Source of the DNA: a virus
Lineage: Duplodnaviria > Caudoviricetes
Direction: 5' to 3' (one strand)
IMG/VR virus record: IMGVR_UViG_3300021476_000016
Coordinates: 1 to 35,017 of that record
Length of the DNA stretch: 35,017 bases
Shown: in pieces, positions 1 through 8,049 of the stretch
Layout: each line of letters starts with the position of its first letter
How positions within the stretch are numbered: the first letter of the stretch is position 1
The notes under the pieces: generated by a model
Told to the model about the DNA's origin: nothing
Seen by the model: the letters and a program-made list of their open reading frames with translations, nothing else
Databases searched by the model: none
Position numbers and translations under genes: made by a program

Positions 1-82
1 AGAACAGAGCCTGGTCCTGGGACATGCTCCACCCTGCCCCCCGGCACAACTAGGGAGATCATAGGTCCATTAGTAGACATAG

Positions 83-119
83 AACCCGGGTGTCTGTACT
101 AGCCCACCCGGTTTTTTTT
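83..119. terminator. Intrinsic terminator-like hairpin, possibly bidirectional
   Basis: Stem CCGGGTG (86-92) / CACCCGG (105-111), followed by a T-run at 112-119 on +; sits directly after the stop of the minus-strand ORF ending at 118. Confidence 0.55.
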
Positions 120-297
120 ATGATTTGAACGTATGTACTAGCTTGTACGTGTCCCGCGCTCGTGTGTTTTGCGTGGTCGAGATGTGCCCCTGCTCACACC
201 ACACCACTGCGTGCTGATCGCTACGGAGTCTGACAGACTGCGAGGCACACTGTGGACACCTCACGTCGTCCTCAAAGATTGGCTTAACAATGTCCAT
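118..297 (-). CDS. Small zinc-ribbon protein
   Basis: CPQC...CEQGH motif. AAGGAGG SD 7 nt before the ATG at 297 favours this start over the TTG at 303. Confidence 0.7.
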   Translation of the reverse strand: MDIVKPIFEDDVRCPQCASQSVRLRSDQHAVVWCEQGHISTTQNTRARDTYKLVHTFKS

Positions 298-358
298 TTG
301 CAAACCTCCTTTTATGAGATGGAGCAGGTTTGTGGTCCCTGCCCCATCCTTGGTTGTC

Positions 359-817
359 CTACTTCCGCACGACCGCTAGCATTCCGTTCTGCTCGGTCGC
401 GTGCTTCCCCTCCAGAAGCTTTCGCCGGGCTACCACAAAGGCTCGGTTCGGTTCTCCGCCAATAATTCCCGCTTGCGCGTACGCAGCATTCACGATCGCG
501 ACACTTCGATTGAAGTCGGCCTTGCCGTCCATGCCCAGGAGTAGCAAATCGATCTCCTTGCCATCCTTGCGCACGATGGTCGACTCGGCGACCACACTTT
601 CGCGGGCCGCAGCCCGTGCCTTGAGGTCGGCCGCGTACATGTGAAGCTCCCATGCCTTTTGCAGGGGCTCTCCCCCCAGACCAGCGACCCAGGTCTTGAA
701 AGCATCTGGGTTGGACGGCGCGGTAAACTGCGCCTTTACCTCCTTCTCTCGATCCTTCACCGAGATCTCGAACGTGGACTCGTGACCCTTTGTCGCTACG
801 ACTTTCCGCTCGGCCAT
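359..817 (-). CDS. Hypothetical protein (152 aa), probably early
   Basis: Strong AAGGAGG SD before the ATG; downstream of a leftward promoter; natural-looking composition. Confidence 0.8.
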   Translation of the reverse strand: MAERKVVATKGHESTFEISVKDREKEVKAQFTAPSNPDAFKTWVAGLGGEPLQKAWELHMYAADLKARAAARESVVAESTIVRKDGKEIDLLLLGMDGKADFNRSVAIVNAAYAQAGIIGGEPNRAFVVARRKLLEGKHATEQNGMLAVVRK

Positions 818-874
818 TTTAGGCCTCCTTTGGCTAGCCGCCAGGCTTTGGCCTGGCTTGCTGCGCTAGTTAGA

Positions 875-903
875 AGGTTAGCAGGCATTTGCAAAAAAAG
901 CAA
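875..903 (-). promoter_or_regulatory. Leftward sigma70-like promoter
   Basis: TTGCTT (903-898), 17-nt spacer, extended -10 TGc-TAACCT (880-875), upstream of the ATG at 817. Confidence 0.55.
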
Positions 904-1062
904 GTTTTTTTTCTTTTGCCATTTTGCTGCCAGCGCTGGCGTCATAATGGCCAGGTGGGGGGAACCGCACGCACTAGGCGCTGATCGTGGCTCCTAGGGC
1001 GAATACGGCCCGCAGGTGGGCTGCCTACGGCACCCCGCCCAAAACTCGGCCCTGCGCTAAAA

Positions 1063-1188
1063 AAAAGGCGTCTCGTGATTACTTTCACAAGCACGGGCGC
1101 TGGCAGAATATAACACGCAAAATAAAAAAGCAAATAAATTTTCTTAACGTAAAAGGCGTCTCGTGATTACTTTCACAAGCACGGGCGC
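1063..1188. repeat. Perfect 38-bp direct repeat (1063-1100 and 1151-1188) with internal dyad
   Basis: AAAAGGCGTCTCGTGATTACTTTCACAAGCACGGGCGC occurs twice, 50 nt apart; contains CTCGTGA-N6-TCACAAG. Confidence 0.95.
1105..1133 (-). promoter_or_regulatory. Second leftward sigma70-like promoter, between the two 38-bp repeats
   Basis: TTGCTT (1133-1128), 17-nt spacer, TATTCT (1110-1105); same -35 hexamer as the promoter at 875-903. Confidence 0.45.
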
Positions 1189-1194
1189 CCGTTC

Positions 1195-1300
1195 CTATAT
1201 AAGTTATGTCAATTGTATATACAATATATCTTATATAACTTATACTATGTTATATATGTATAAACATTTATATATTTGAATATTCATATATAGTAATAAA
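1195..1300. other. Very AT-rich tract with nested inverted repeats (possible unwinding element)
   Basis: Almost only A/T; TATAAGTTAT (1198-1207) / ATAACTTATA (1235-1244) enclose the palindrome ATTGTATATACAAT (1212-1225). Confidence 0.7.
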
Positions 1301-1372
1301 GCCAGACGACCAGGTCCCCGACGTCTCCTCGAGCCTCCCCCATTCTCCCACGAGTTTTTAAAATTCATAACC

Positions 1373-1461
1373 GTCGGTTTTAAGTTAGTAGTCGGTGTTT
1401 TTAAGTTAGTAGTCGGTGTTTTTAAGTTAGTAGTCGGTGTTTTTAAGTTAGTAGTCGGTGT
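1373..1461. repeat. 21-bp tandem repeat, iteron-like
   Basis: GTCGGTGTTTTTAAGTTAGTA at 1391, 1412 and 1433, an 18-bp variant at 1373 and a partial copy at 1454. Confidence 0.95.
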
Positions 1462-1496
1462 GTTCACGTGCTGAACAACTTTATAGAAAGACGTGT

Positions 1497-1547
1497 TAAG
1501 TATTTGATACTACGCCATCGCATGCGTACTTAAGTATCGAAAACTTA
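1497..1547. repeat. Imperfect inverted repeat upstream of the terS promoter
   Basis: TAAGTATTTGATACT (1497-1511) and AGTATCGAAAACTTA (1533-1547) are complementary at 13 of 15 positions. Confidence 0.65.
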
Positions 1548-1581
1548 GCATTTTTGGCGGTTTTATTACGTTTTTGAAGGC

Positions 1582-1609
1582 TTGCCTTTGTATCGGTGTA
1601 TGCTATACT
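1582..1609 (+). promoter_or_regulatory. Rightward sigma70-like promoter for the packaging/structural region
   Basis: TTGCCT (1582-1587), 16-nt spacer, extended -10 TGc-TATACT (1604-1609), 30 nt upstream of the ATG at 1639. Confidence 0.65.
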
Positions 1610-1638
1610 TATAGCGTGATGAGGGGAAAAGTCTAAGG

Positions 1639-2100
1639 ATGAGTTGGGAACCGCAAAAGCTCAACGGGCGCCATCGTGAGGTATTGCGACTTCACGTCCT
1701 TGGACTCTCTGGCGTGGAGGTCGCTGCCCGCGTCAATCTTACACCTCAAGCCATTTATTGTATTTTGCGCTCACCGCTTGCACAAGCTGAGGTAGCGAAA
1801 CTTCAACACAAGGCTGATGAGAAGACTATCGACGTGCCTACACGTGCAGCCTTTCAGGCTTCACTAGAAGATATTGGACGTGAAGCTGTAGACGTGAATC
1901 GTACCATCATGAAAGGTGCGAGCGAGAACAAGCTCCGTGCAAAAATCGCTCAACACTTCATGGATCGTATCGTCTTTAAGAAGGATGTCGACGATGCTGA
2001 GGTTTCCTACCGTGACATCCTCCGACAGCTTGACCAGATCGGAAAGGGCGTGACCGTCAACATTCAAAATAATGTCGTTACAGCTCCCGCCGGAAGCTGA
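1639..2100 (+). CDS. terS: Putative terminase small subunit
   Basis: N-terminal helix-turn-helix (GLSGVEVAARVNLTPQAIY), helical core, C-terminal VTVNIQNNV strand; overlaps the start of the terminase ATPase gene. Confidence 0.7.
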   Translation: MSWEPQKLNGRHREVLRLHVLGLSGVEVAARVNLTPQAIYCILRSPLAQAEVAKLQHKADEKTIDVPTRAAFQASLEDIGREAVDVNRTIMKGASENKLRAKIAQHFMDRIVFKKDVDDAEVSYRDILRQLDQIGKGVTVNIQNNVVTAPAGS

Positions 2101-2716
2101 AGCTCTCAATACGTACAGAAACTCGTTAGCGAGTTTCGCAGAAGATTGTGCGTGGACCATTGATCAGACTGACCGGTATAATCCCATCAAGAAGTGGCAT
2201 AATGAAGACTATTTAGTATATTTGCTAAATTACATGAAGGACGAGTTTCTAGCTGCTGTCGTAAAACATAGACGCATGAGAGCAACCTGGGCCATGTGTC
2301 TTACTTATCTCCACGACGCAATGTTCTTTGAAGGACGCTTCAATGCTTTGGTTAGTAAGAAAGAAGAAGACTCTGACGATCTTGTGCGGCGTTGTAAGTT
2401 CATTTATGATAACATACCACGTGAGAAACTTCCTATTAAACCGAAAGCAGAATACAAATATTGCGTCTTGTCCTTTCCTGAAATCTCCTCAATTATTCAT
2501 GGATTTCCTCAAGGTCCAGACCAGCTTAGACAATACACTTGCTCGCGTGTTGGGTGTGACGAGTTCGCCTATTGGCCCCAGGCACGTGCGACGTTTGTAG
2601 CGATGAAGCCAACCATTGAAGGTGGTGGTAAGATTTGTTTAGTGAGCACAAGGTGGCCTGGTTTCTTCAAAGAGATCGTTGAGGACAAAATAGAGGCCGC
2701 ACGAAACGCCACGTAA
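2072..2716 (+). CDS. terL: Terminase large subunit, N-terminal ATPase part (split gene)
   Basis: Walker A-like VVKHRRMRATW, Walker B VGCDEFAYW, motif III ICLVST; ends soon after motif III with no nuclease domain. Confidence 0.85.
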   Translation: MSLQLPPEAEALNTYRNSLASFAEDCAWTIDQTDRYNPIKKWHNEDYLVYLLNYMKDEFLAAVVKHRRMRATWAMCLTYLHDAMFFEGRFNALVSKKEEDSDDLVRRCKFIYDNIPREKLPIKPKAEYKYCVLSFPEISSIIHGFPQGPDQLRQYTCSRVGCDEFAYWPQARATFVAMKPTIEGGGKICLVSTRWPGFFKEIVEDKIEAARNAT

Positions 2717-2733
2717 GAAGAGGAAACTCAGAC

Positions 2734-3159
2734 GTGAAAAAGCACTTAACACGATTCGTTGGCTTCGCACTCTTTTCCCTGCGCATCGCTATTGTAAGCA
2801 TCCTGATTGTCCCGATAGGTGCCAACGCTACTGGTCCCGTGGTCGGTACGAATTGCGTAGCAACGTGGAGCGCAGTAACGACGAACACTGACGGAACAGC
2901 GATCGCGGGGGCCATTACTTACAATTTATATCTCGCAGCGGGAACACCAACAACACCTCCTGGAACACCTACATTAACTGGAATCACGGTTCTAACTGCT
3001 AGTCCTTGTAATTCTTTAGCGCCCGGTCAATACACATTTTGGCTGACAGCAGTTGAAACACCAACAGCAGGTGGTAGTTCAAGTGAGTCCACAAAGAGTG
3101 CTGCCTTCCCTTTTGCGCTCGTCGTACCGAACACCCCGAATGGTGTGGGAATTAAGTAG
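2734..3159 (+). CDS. Signal-peptide-bearing fibronectin type III-like protein
   Basis: Basic then hydrophobic N-terminus ending A-N-A; FN3-like pattern W...YNLY...LAPGQYTFWLTAV...ES; 2 Cys. Confidence 0.7.
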   Translation: MKKHLTRFVGFALFSLRIAIVSILIVPIGANATGPVVGTNCVATWSAVTTNTDGTAIAGAITYNLYLAAGTPTTPPGTPTLTGITVLTASPCNSLAPGQYTFWLTAVETPTAGGSSSESTKSAAFPFALVVPNTPNGVGIK

Positions 3160-3408
3160 ATGCCAGTAGATAGTACAAATACTGAAATTGTTGTAGGAAA
3201 TTTCGTACGTTTTGTCCCTGATGACGACCCCAATCAACAAACCGCTTTAGTCGGCGTCGTTACAGGAACTCAGGCTCAGAGTATTGGTGTAATTGCGAAC
3301 GTGACGTGTGCATTTCTTGACAAACAAGGTAATGGTTTTACCGACACACGTTCGTCGAATTTTCTTACAGTTGTATTGAGCATCCTATTCCTATGCGTGA
3401 TCTTGTAG
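3160..3408 (+). CDS. Small beta-rich (SH3/KOW-like) protein, paralog of 6586..6837
   Basis: Shares D-x-x-x-x-x-[IL]-x-V, GVV, VT, D-x-QGN-x-[FW]TD and SN-x-LT with 6586..6837. Confidence 0.65.
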   Translation: MPVDSTNTEIVVGNFVRFVPDDDPNQQTALVGVVTGTQAQSIGVIANVTCAFLDKQGNGFTDTRSSNFLTVVLSILFLCVIL

Positions 3409-3780
3409 ATGCCAATAAAGAACATACTCACCTATGCAAAAATTCATGACTCGTGGGCCGAGGCTAATGAAGGTGCCGGTGGCGCTCAAGCATCTGCTAC
3501 ACATGCAGCGGTCGTTAATGCACAACATGTCATTACCGTGCTGGAAGCTTCTTATAGCGATCGTACTATTACCGGACTTGTTTCAATTACACTTACTACA
3601 CCTGCCGGAGCTATAACAATCAAAAAACATTGTCACGGTTATTGTGCTATTGACTTTAGTCGTGATGGACTTGTCTGTAATCCAAATACTGCTATAGTTG
3701 CAACGCTGGCAGCCGGTGGTGGTGCGGTCGTAGCTGAAATCGCTATTCTTGGCTTTAGTTTGAACCAATTACCGTCGTGA
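3409..3780 (+). CDS. Hypothetical Ala/Gly/Thr-rich protein, possibly virion decoration
   Basis: Tightly packed ORF with beta-rich composition and no signal peptide. Confidence 0.6.
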   Translation: MPIKNILTYAKIHDSWAEANEGAGGAQASATHAAVVNAQHVITVLEASYSDRTITGLVSITLTTPAGAITIKKHCHGYCAIDFSRDGLVCNPNTAIVATLAAGGGAVVAEIAILGFSLNQLPS

Positions 3781-4022
3781 TTGAATGGATACTAATTATA
3801 GAAATTCCAATATGTACAGGTATTTTGATGTGGTGGCTTCACCGAGAAATAGTAGTCCCTCAACCACCAAAGGACCCAATTTCGCTTTTCCCGCCCGTGC
3901 ACGAACGTGTGAAAACACTCCTCTCTTGCGGACATCATGAAGAACCCCACGTTATTTTCCCAAGTGGTCAAACAGCTTGTAAAGACTGTTATGCGAAGAA
4001 ATCTATTACTAACGCTTCTTAG
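3777..4022 (+). CDS. Small membrane-anchored protein with putative zinc finger
   Basis: GTGA overlap with the upstream stop; hydrophobic N-terminus; SCGH...CKDC. Confidence 0.6.
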   Translation: MIEWILIIEIPICTGILMWWLHREIVVPQPPKDPISLFPPVHERVKTLLSCGHHEEPHVIFPSGQTACKDCYAKKSITNAS

Positions 4023-5253
4023 TTTCTTTGTTCTCGTTGCACCTGCGTGGGGTGCGATTGCCTTCGTGCAAAACCCCACGGTGGGAACGTCCGCAGCTTC
4101 TCCGTGTGCGTCCGGCTCTGCGACGTGGACCGCGACAAACGCCATCGTCGCCGGCTTCGGCTCCTCGAATGGTGCAACAGCAGTCACAGGAATTACCGCC
4201 TCTACAGATACATTCTTCGCATTACCTGGTGCGATTAGCAATAGTAGCCCTGGTCACGAAGTCCACGTTGCTGCTGGCATAGCTGGCGGAAGCTACACAC
4301 TTTCGCTAGCAGTTTCATCTGCTAGTAATATGGTGTGTGGCGGTGATGAATACTCCGGAGTATCAGGATTCGGAGTTCAAAAGAATAGCGCGCCCGCTAC
4401 ATTAACTAATCCGTCAATCTCATTAACTACGACAGCTCCTAATAGCTGGTGTGTCGCAATATTTTCCTCTAATGATACTAACGCATTTACAGGCGTACGC
4501 TGGTCAGGGTCGTTAACTAACACCACGACAGCGATGGCCGACAGCGGTCCTGTTACATCGGTTGGTGGCACCTGTACAGTATCAGTAACACATGTTTCAG
4601 CTTCAATTGGTATGGGTATTGTAGAGCTTCTTGCTGGTACTACACAAATTGGAAATGGTGTTCTTAGTCTAGGTGGAGGTGGTGGGCCGAACGGCTATTT
4701 GAACGGTTTTGCTAACAACCTCGATGCAGTAACGGGGACGACAGGCGCGGCGTCGAACGGCTATACTGGTGCGGTCCTTTGTTTGATTACGAATGACGCG
4801 GGGAATACCGGGAACATTCGAGGAGGTATTTACACCGACGCATCGGGACTGCCGAGCGCGCTCGTCACGAATTCAGATACCGGCTCGACCGCGTTCGGTA
4901 TTCCAGCAGGCTCAGGTACGGCGAACCTTCATTGCCTGGCATTCGGCGGCTCGGTGACACTCGCGAAGTCCACGCCATTCTGGCCCACGTGGAATAACGA
5001 CACGACGAATATCGCTATGCGAGTCGATTCAACAACATGTGCAGCGGGTGGAACCACTGACGAGTTTATTGCGTTTACTTATGCAGCAATGCCTGGGACC
5101 TTCGGTAGTAGCGCATCGGAGACTTGTGGTCCACATATGTGGGCGGAAATGTATGCTACGGCAGGTGGTGGCTCACGAGGGTTATTTCGTCCTGCCGAAC
5201 CTGTTACAGGTGCAGGAGTTGGTGGCTCATTCTTTAGGACAACACCGCCATGA
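3991..5253 (+). CDS. Signal-peptide-bearing multi-domain Gly/Ser/Thr-rich virion-type protein
   Basis: ATG at 3991 gives MRRNLLLTLLSFFVLVAPAWG|AIAF; 8 Cys; beta-rich. The ORF track start at 3937 is probably too early. Confidence 0.75.
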   Translation: MRRNLLLTLLSFFVLVAPAWGAIAFVQNPTVGTSAASPCASGSATWTATNAIVAGFGSSNGATAVTGITASTDTFFALPGAISNSSPGHEVHVAAGIAGGSYTLSLAVSSASNMVCGGDEYSGVSGFGVQKNSAPATLTNPSISLTTTAPNSWCVAIFSSNDTNAFTGVRWSGSLTNTTTAMADSGPVTSVGGTCTVSVTHVSASIGMGIVELLAGTTQIGNGVLSLGGGGGPNGYLNGFANNLDAVTGTTGAASNGYTGAVLCLITNDAGNTGNIRGGIYTDASGLPSALVTNSDTGSTAFGIPAGSGTANLHCLAFGGSVTLAKSTPFWPTWNNDTTNIAMRVDSTTCAAGGTTDEFIAFTYAAMPGTFGSSASETCGPHMWAEMYATAGGGSRGLFRPAEPVTGAGVGGSFFRTTPP

Positions 5254-6440
5254 AAAAGTTTTTATTTGCTATTATTGTTACGTTAATATGGTGGACGCCC
5301 GCACATTCGCAGTTACAAATTCTCAAAGGAACTACATGCTCAAATAGTGCTCCGCGTTCCTGTCTTGTGCATCTGTTCATCCAAGATTCGTCGTCGACGG
5401 TCGGTGCAGGACTTACAGGTCTTACAAACTCTAGTGCTAACCTTGTTTGTTACTACCTACGTTCTGATCAAGGCAACGCGGGTGCAACGCAACTCTCGCT
5501 CGTTGCCGGTACATTAGGTACGTGGTCCTCAGGAGGTTTCAAAGAAAAAGACGCAACAAACGCGCCCGGTGAGTATGAGTTAGGCATTGCAACTGCAATG
5601 GTTGCAACAGGTGCTAATTCTGTGCGTCTACATTGTAAAGGCGCTACGAATATGGCGCCAGTTGTTCGCGATTTTCCACTTACGGACTATGATCCTCAGA
5701 ATTCGACAAACCTTGGTCTCTCGCTCATGCCCGCTAATGCCACACAAATCAATGGTATCTCAACGAGCAGCGTAACGACGGTAAACGCTAACCAAGGGAC
5801 CACACAGCCCGTGAACTTCACAGGCACGGGCGCCTCTGCCCTTGTGAAGTCCGACGTAACGGACATAGCTACCGTCGCTGTGTCCACCTCAACAGCGCAA
5901 ATTGGAGTGAACGTCGTAAACATCTCAGGCTCAGTCTCCACGGGGGCTGCTGGCTCGGTCGGTATTGATTGGGCGCAGGTTGCGAACAAGACTAGCACCG
6001 TCGCATTGACCAATACGACAGTAGGTACCACGACCGCTGTGACCAACGGTGTCACAGTCAGTACGAACAACGACAAAACTGGTTATAGTTTAACGCAGGC
6101 TTTCCCCACGAATTTCTCATTACTTAATATTGACAGCAATGGTCGTGCTCGTACACAAGCTCCATTTAATAAGAACATAGCGAATAGCACGGGCCATTTA
6201 TTCTTAATGACCGACTCAACAAATCACGCACCTAAAACAGGCTTGACTGTAACCTGTCAGCGGTCATTAGACTCCGCAGCTTTCGCCAATGGTACACTTG
6301 GCGCCGTAACTGAGCTATCGTCTGGATGGTACATTCTCGGTTCCTACGGAGCCGGAGACCTTAATGGTAACGAAGCAGTACTTCGGTGTACGGCGACAGG
6401 TGCTGACGACCAAGGTTGGTCACTTGAGATTTGGCCATGA
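5250..6440 (+). CDS. Signal-peptide-bearing virion-type protein with two related Ig-like domains
   Basis: MKKFLFAIIVTLIWWTPAHS|Q; N- and C-terminal domains share DS...GLT...C...E...GxY...VxxxC; Thr/Val-rich linker; 6 Cys. Confidence 0.75.
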   Translation: MKKFLFAIIVTLIWWTPAHSQLQILKGTTCSNSAPRSCLVHLFIQDSSSTVGAGLTGLTNSSANLVCYYLRSDQGNAGATQLSLVAGTLGTWSSGGFKEKDATNAPGEYELGIATAMVATGANSVRLHCKGATNMAPVVRDFPLTDYDPQNSTNLGLSLMPANATQINGISTSSVTTVNANQGTTQPVNFTGTGASALVKSDVTDIATVAVSTSTAQIGVNVVNISGSVSTGAAGSVGIDWAQVANKTSTVALTNTTVGTTTAVTNGVTVSTNNDKTGYSLTQAFPTNFSLLNIDSNGRARTQAPFNKNIANSTGHLFLMTDSTNHAPKTGLTVTCQRSLDSAAFANGTLGAVTELSSGWYILGSYGAGDLNGNEAVLRCTATGADDQGWSLEIWP

Positions 6441-6589
6441 ACATGCTCCAATGGATTAAACAAGGTGGTCGTCGTTATGTTCAATGGACGACCCGTGGGT
6501 ATTCCACAATTGGACAAGTCTGGACTAGCATAGGAAAAGCCTCCGTGCAGACTAACGTGTTTCTGTTTCTTCGTAGGAGGAGACGGTGA
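6437..6589 (+). CDS. 50-aa basic mini-protein ending FLFLRRRRR (not in ORF track)
   Basis: Read by hand; ATGA overlap with the stop at 6440 and GTGA overlap with the start at 6586. Confidence 0.6.
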   Translation: MNMLQWIKQGGRRYVQWTTRGYSTIGQVWTSIGKASVQTNVFLFLRRRRR

Positions 6590-6837
6590 GCAAAGACATC
6601 AACGGAAAGCAACTCACGGTGTTGGACGTAGTCAAAAACATCGCATACAGCAAGGTGCAAGGGAACATCTCAGGAAGGTCTGGTGGTGTAGTCCTTGCAC
6701 TTCAGGGGAGTTCTGCGGGACTAGCATCGTCCTTCGTGACTGTGGGTTACTTCGACGCTCAAGGAAATCCGTGGACGGATCGTATTATGTCTAATCTCTT
6801 GACTTTCGATCATCACGCGGACGGTACGACTACATAA
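6586..6837 (+). CDS. Small beta-rich (SH3/KOW-like) protein, paralog of 3160..3408
   Basis: AGGAGG SD; KDINGKQLTVLDVV start; motifs shared with 3160..3408. Confidence 0.75.
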   Translation: MSKDINGKQLTVLDVVKNIAYSKVQGNISGRSGGVVLALQGSSAGLASSFVTVGYFDAQGNPWTDRIMSNLLTFDHHADGTTT

Positions 6838-6842
6838 TCCAA

Positions 6843-7754
6843 ATGGGTGAAGTTGTTCAGCAGCCGAACAGTGATGTCACAGTTGAAACTCGTCGACTAG
6901 AGAATCCTCTGCCTGGCGTTTCCGTTTGGACTAATCCGAAAAACGGATTTCGCGTTCTTGATTTAGAGTTTGTTGCTGATCCAAAAAAGCGAAATCCAGA
7001 GTGGATTGCACAACAAAAGCGTGGGATGCCTATTGCGGAGTGGGAGCGGGAGTATGGTAAAACTTGGGTTGTATACGACGGGAAGTCTGTTTATGTAGAT
7101 TTCGCTACAGCACATATTGCACGAGGAAATATTATTGCGCCTCGCCGTGCAAAACTTGTTTCTGGATGGGACGGAGGTCCGACGGATCTCAATCTTGCTT
7201 GGGCTCTCGGACTGGTGTTACCGCATGAACTTGCTGTCACTATCATAGACGAGTTTATGATAGACGATGGAAATGTCAAGGACTTTGTTCAAATTGTGGG
7301 GAGTAGACTTCAACTTGAGTGGTTCAAACTTGGAGGCTTTAGTCTCCACGTTGCAGACCAAAGTGTATTTACACCAGGTGGAATTGAAAGATCTTCACTC
7401 GCTGATGAAATGCGAAAACATGGAATGTCTCCTATTCCTGGTGAAGTATCATTTGCTAAAAGACGAACTGGGGTCGATGATCTTCTCACACGATTTTATA
7501 CGACCGTTGGAAATGAGCTTATACCTAGATTGAGAATTCACGAGCGTTGTCAAATGAGCATTGAGGGTATGCAGGGAGGTTACCATTATCCAAAGTCTAA
7601 TGCAGGTGTAGGAGGTGAGTACAAACCGCTTCCGTTGAAAAACAAATTCAGTCACGTTCTTAACTGTATTGAATATATTTGTAGTCGGCTTGAAGTCGCT
7701 AACTATGAAATACCTTACGAGGGTAGACGTTTACCTGATATGAGTATAATATAG
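6843..7754 (+). CDS. terL: Terminase large subunit, C-terminal part (ATPase lid plus RNase H-like nuclease; split gene)
   Basis: ADP..R.PEW...EWEREY lid-like segment, GWDGG, IDE, ADQS, and terminal KNKFSHVLNCIEY typical of TerL nuclease domains; close to the portal gene. Confidence 0.85.
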   Translation: MGEVVQQPNSDVTVETRRLENPLPGVSVWTNPKNGFRVLDLEFVADPKKRNPEWIAQQKRGMPIAEWEREYGKTWVVYDGKSVYVDFATAHIARGNIIAPRRAKLVSGWDGGPTDLNLAWALGLVLPHELAVTIIDEFMIDDGNVKDFVQIVGSRLQLEWFKLGGFSLHVADQSVFTPGGIERSSLADEMRKHGMSPIPGEVSFAKRRTGVDDLLTRFYTTVGNELIPRLRIHERCQMSIEGMQGGYHYPKSNAGVGGEYKPLPLKNKFSHVLNCIEYICSRLEVANYEIPYEGRRLPDMSII

Positions 7755-7763
7755 GAGCATAAA

Positions 7764-7973
7764 ATGGAACGTTATATCGGAACTAAGATCGTGCTAGCTG
7801 AGCCTGCAGAAAAGAACGGTGTTGCCGGTTATACTGTAGTCTACGAAGATGGATATCGTTCATGGTCGCCACATAATGTATTTGTACGTGCTTATCGACG
7901 TATTACCGACGCAGAAGTAGATTTAATCGAAAACTATGTACTCAAAGGTGCAATTACTACAACACGAGTATGA
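7764..7973 (+). CDS. Small conserved phage protein (YIGTK...GY.VVY.DGY.SWSP family)
   Basis: AGGAG SD; recognisable motif of a widespread small phage domain. Confidence 0.75.
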   Translation: MERYIGTKIVLAEPAEKNGVAGYTVVYEDGYRSWSPHNVFVRAYRRITDAEVDLIENYVLKGAITTTRV

Positions 7974-8049
7974 TGTTTAGTAGAAGCGTTCCTAAACCTT
8001 GGTTTACACATTTGATGCTAAACTTCCCATATCCACTAAGGTCCAAATA

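Noticed and set aside
1063-1188. CRISPR mini-array
   Set aside because: Only two repeats, a 50-nt spacer that looks like a promoter, and no cas genes in the window.
1240-1467. 75-aa ORF with TPTTNLK repeats
   Set aside because: A by-product of the 21-bp repeat and AT-rich tract; no convincing RBS.
2717-6842. Intron, intein or transposon interrupting terL
   Set aside because: Fully packed with same-strand structural-type genes; no endonuclease, transposase, intein termini or room for a ribozyme core seen.
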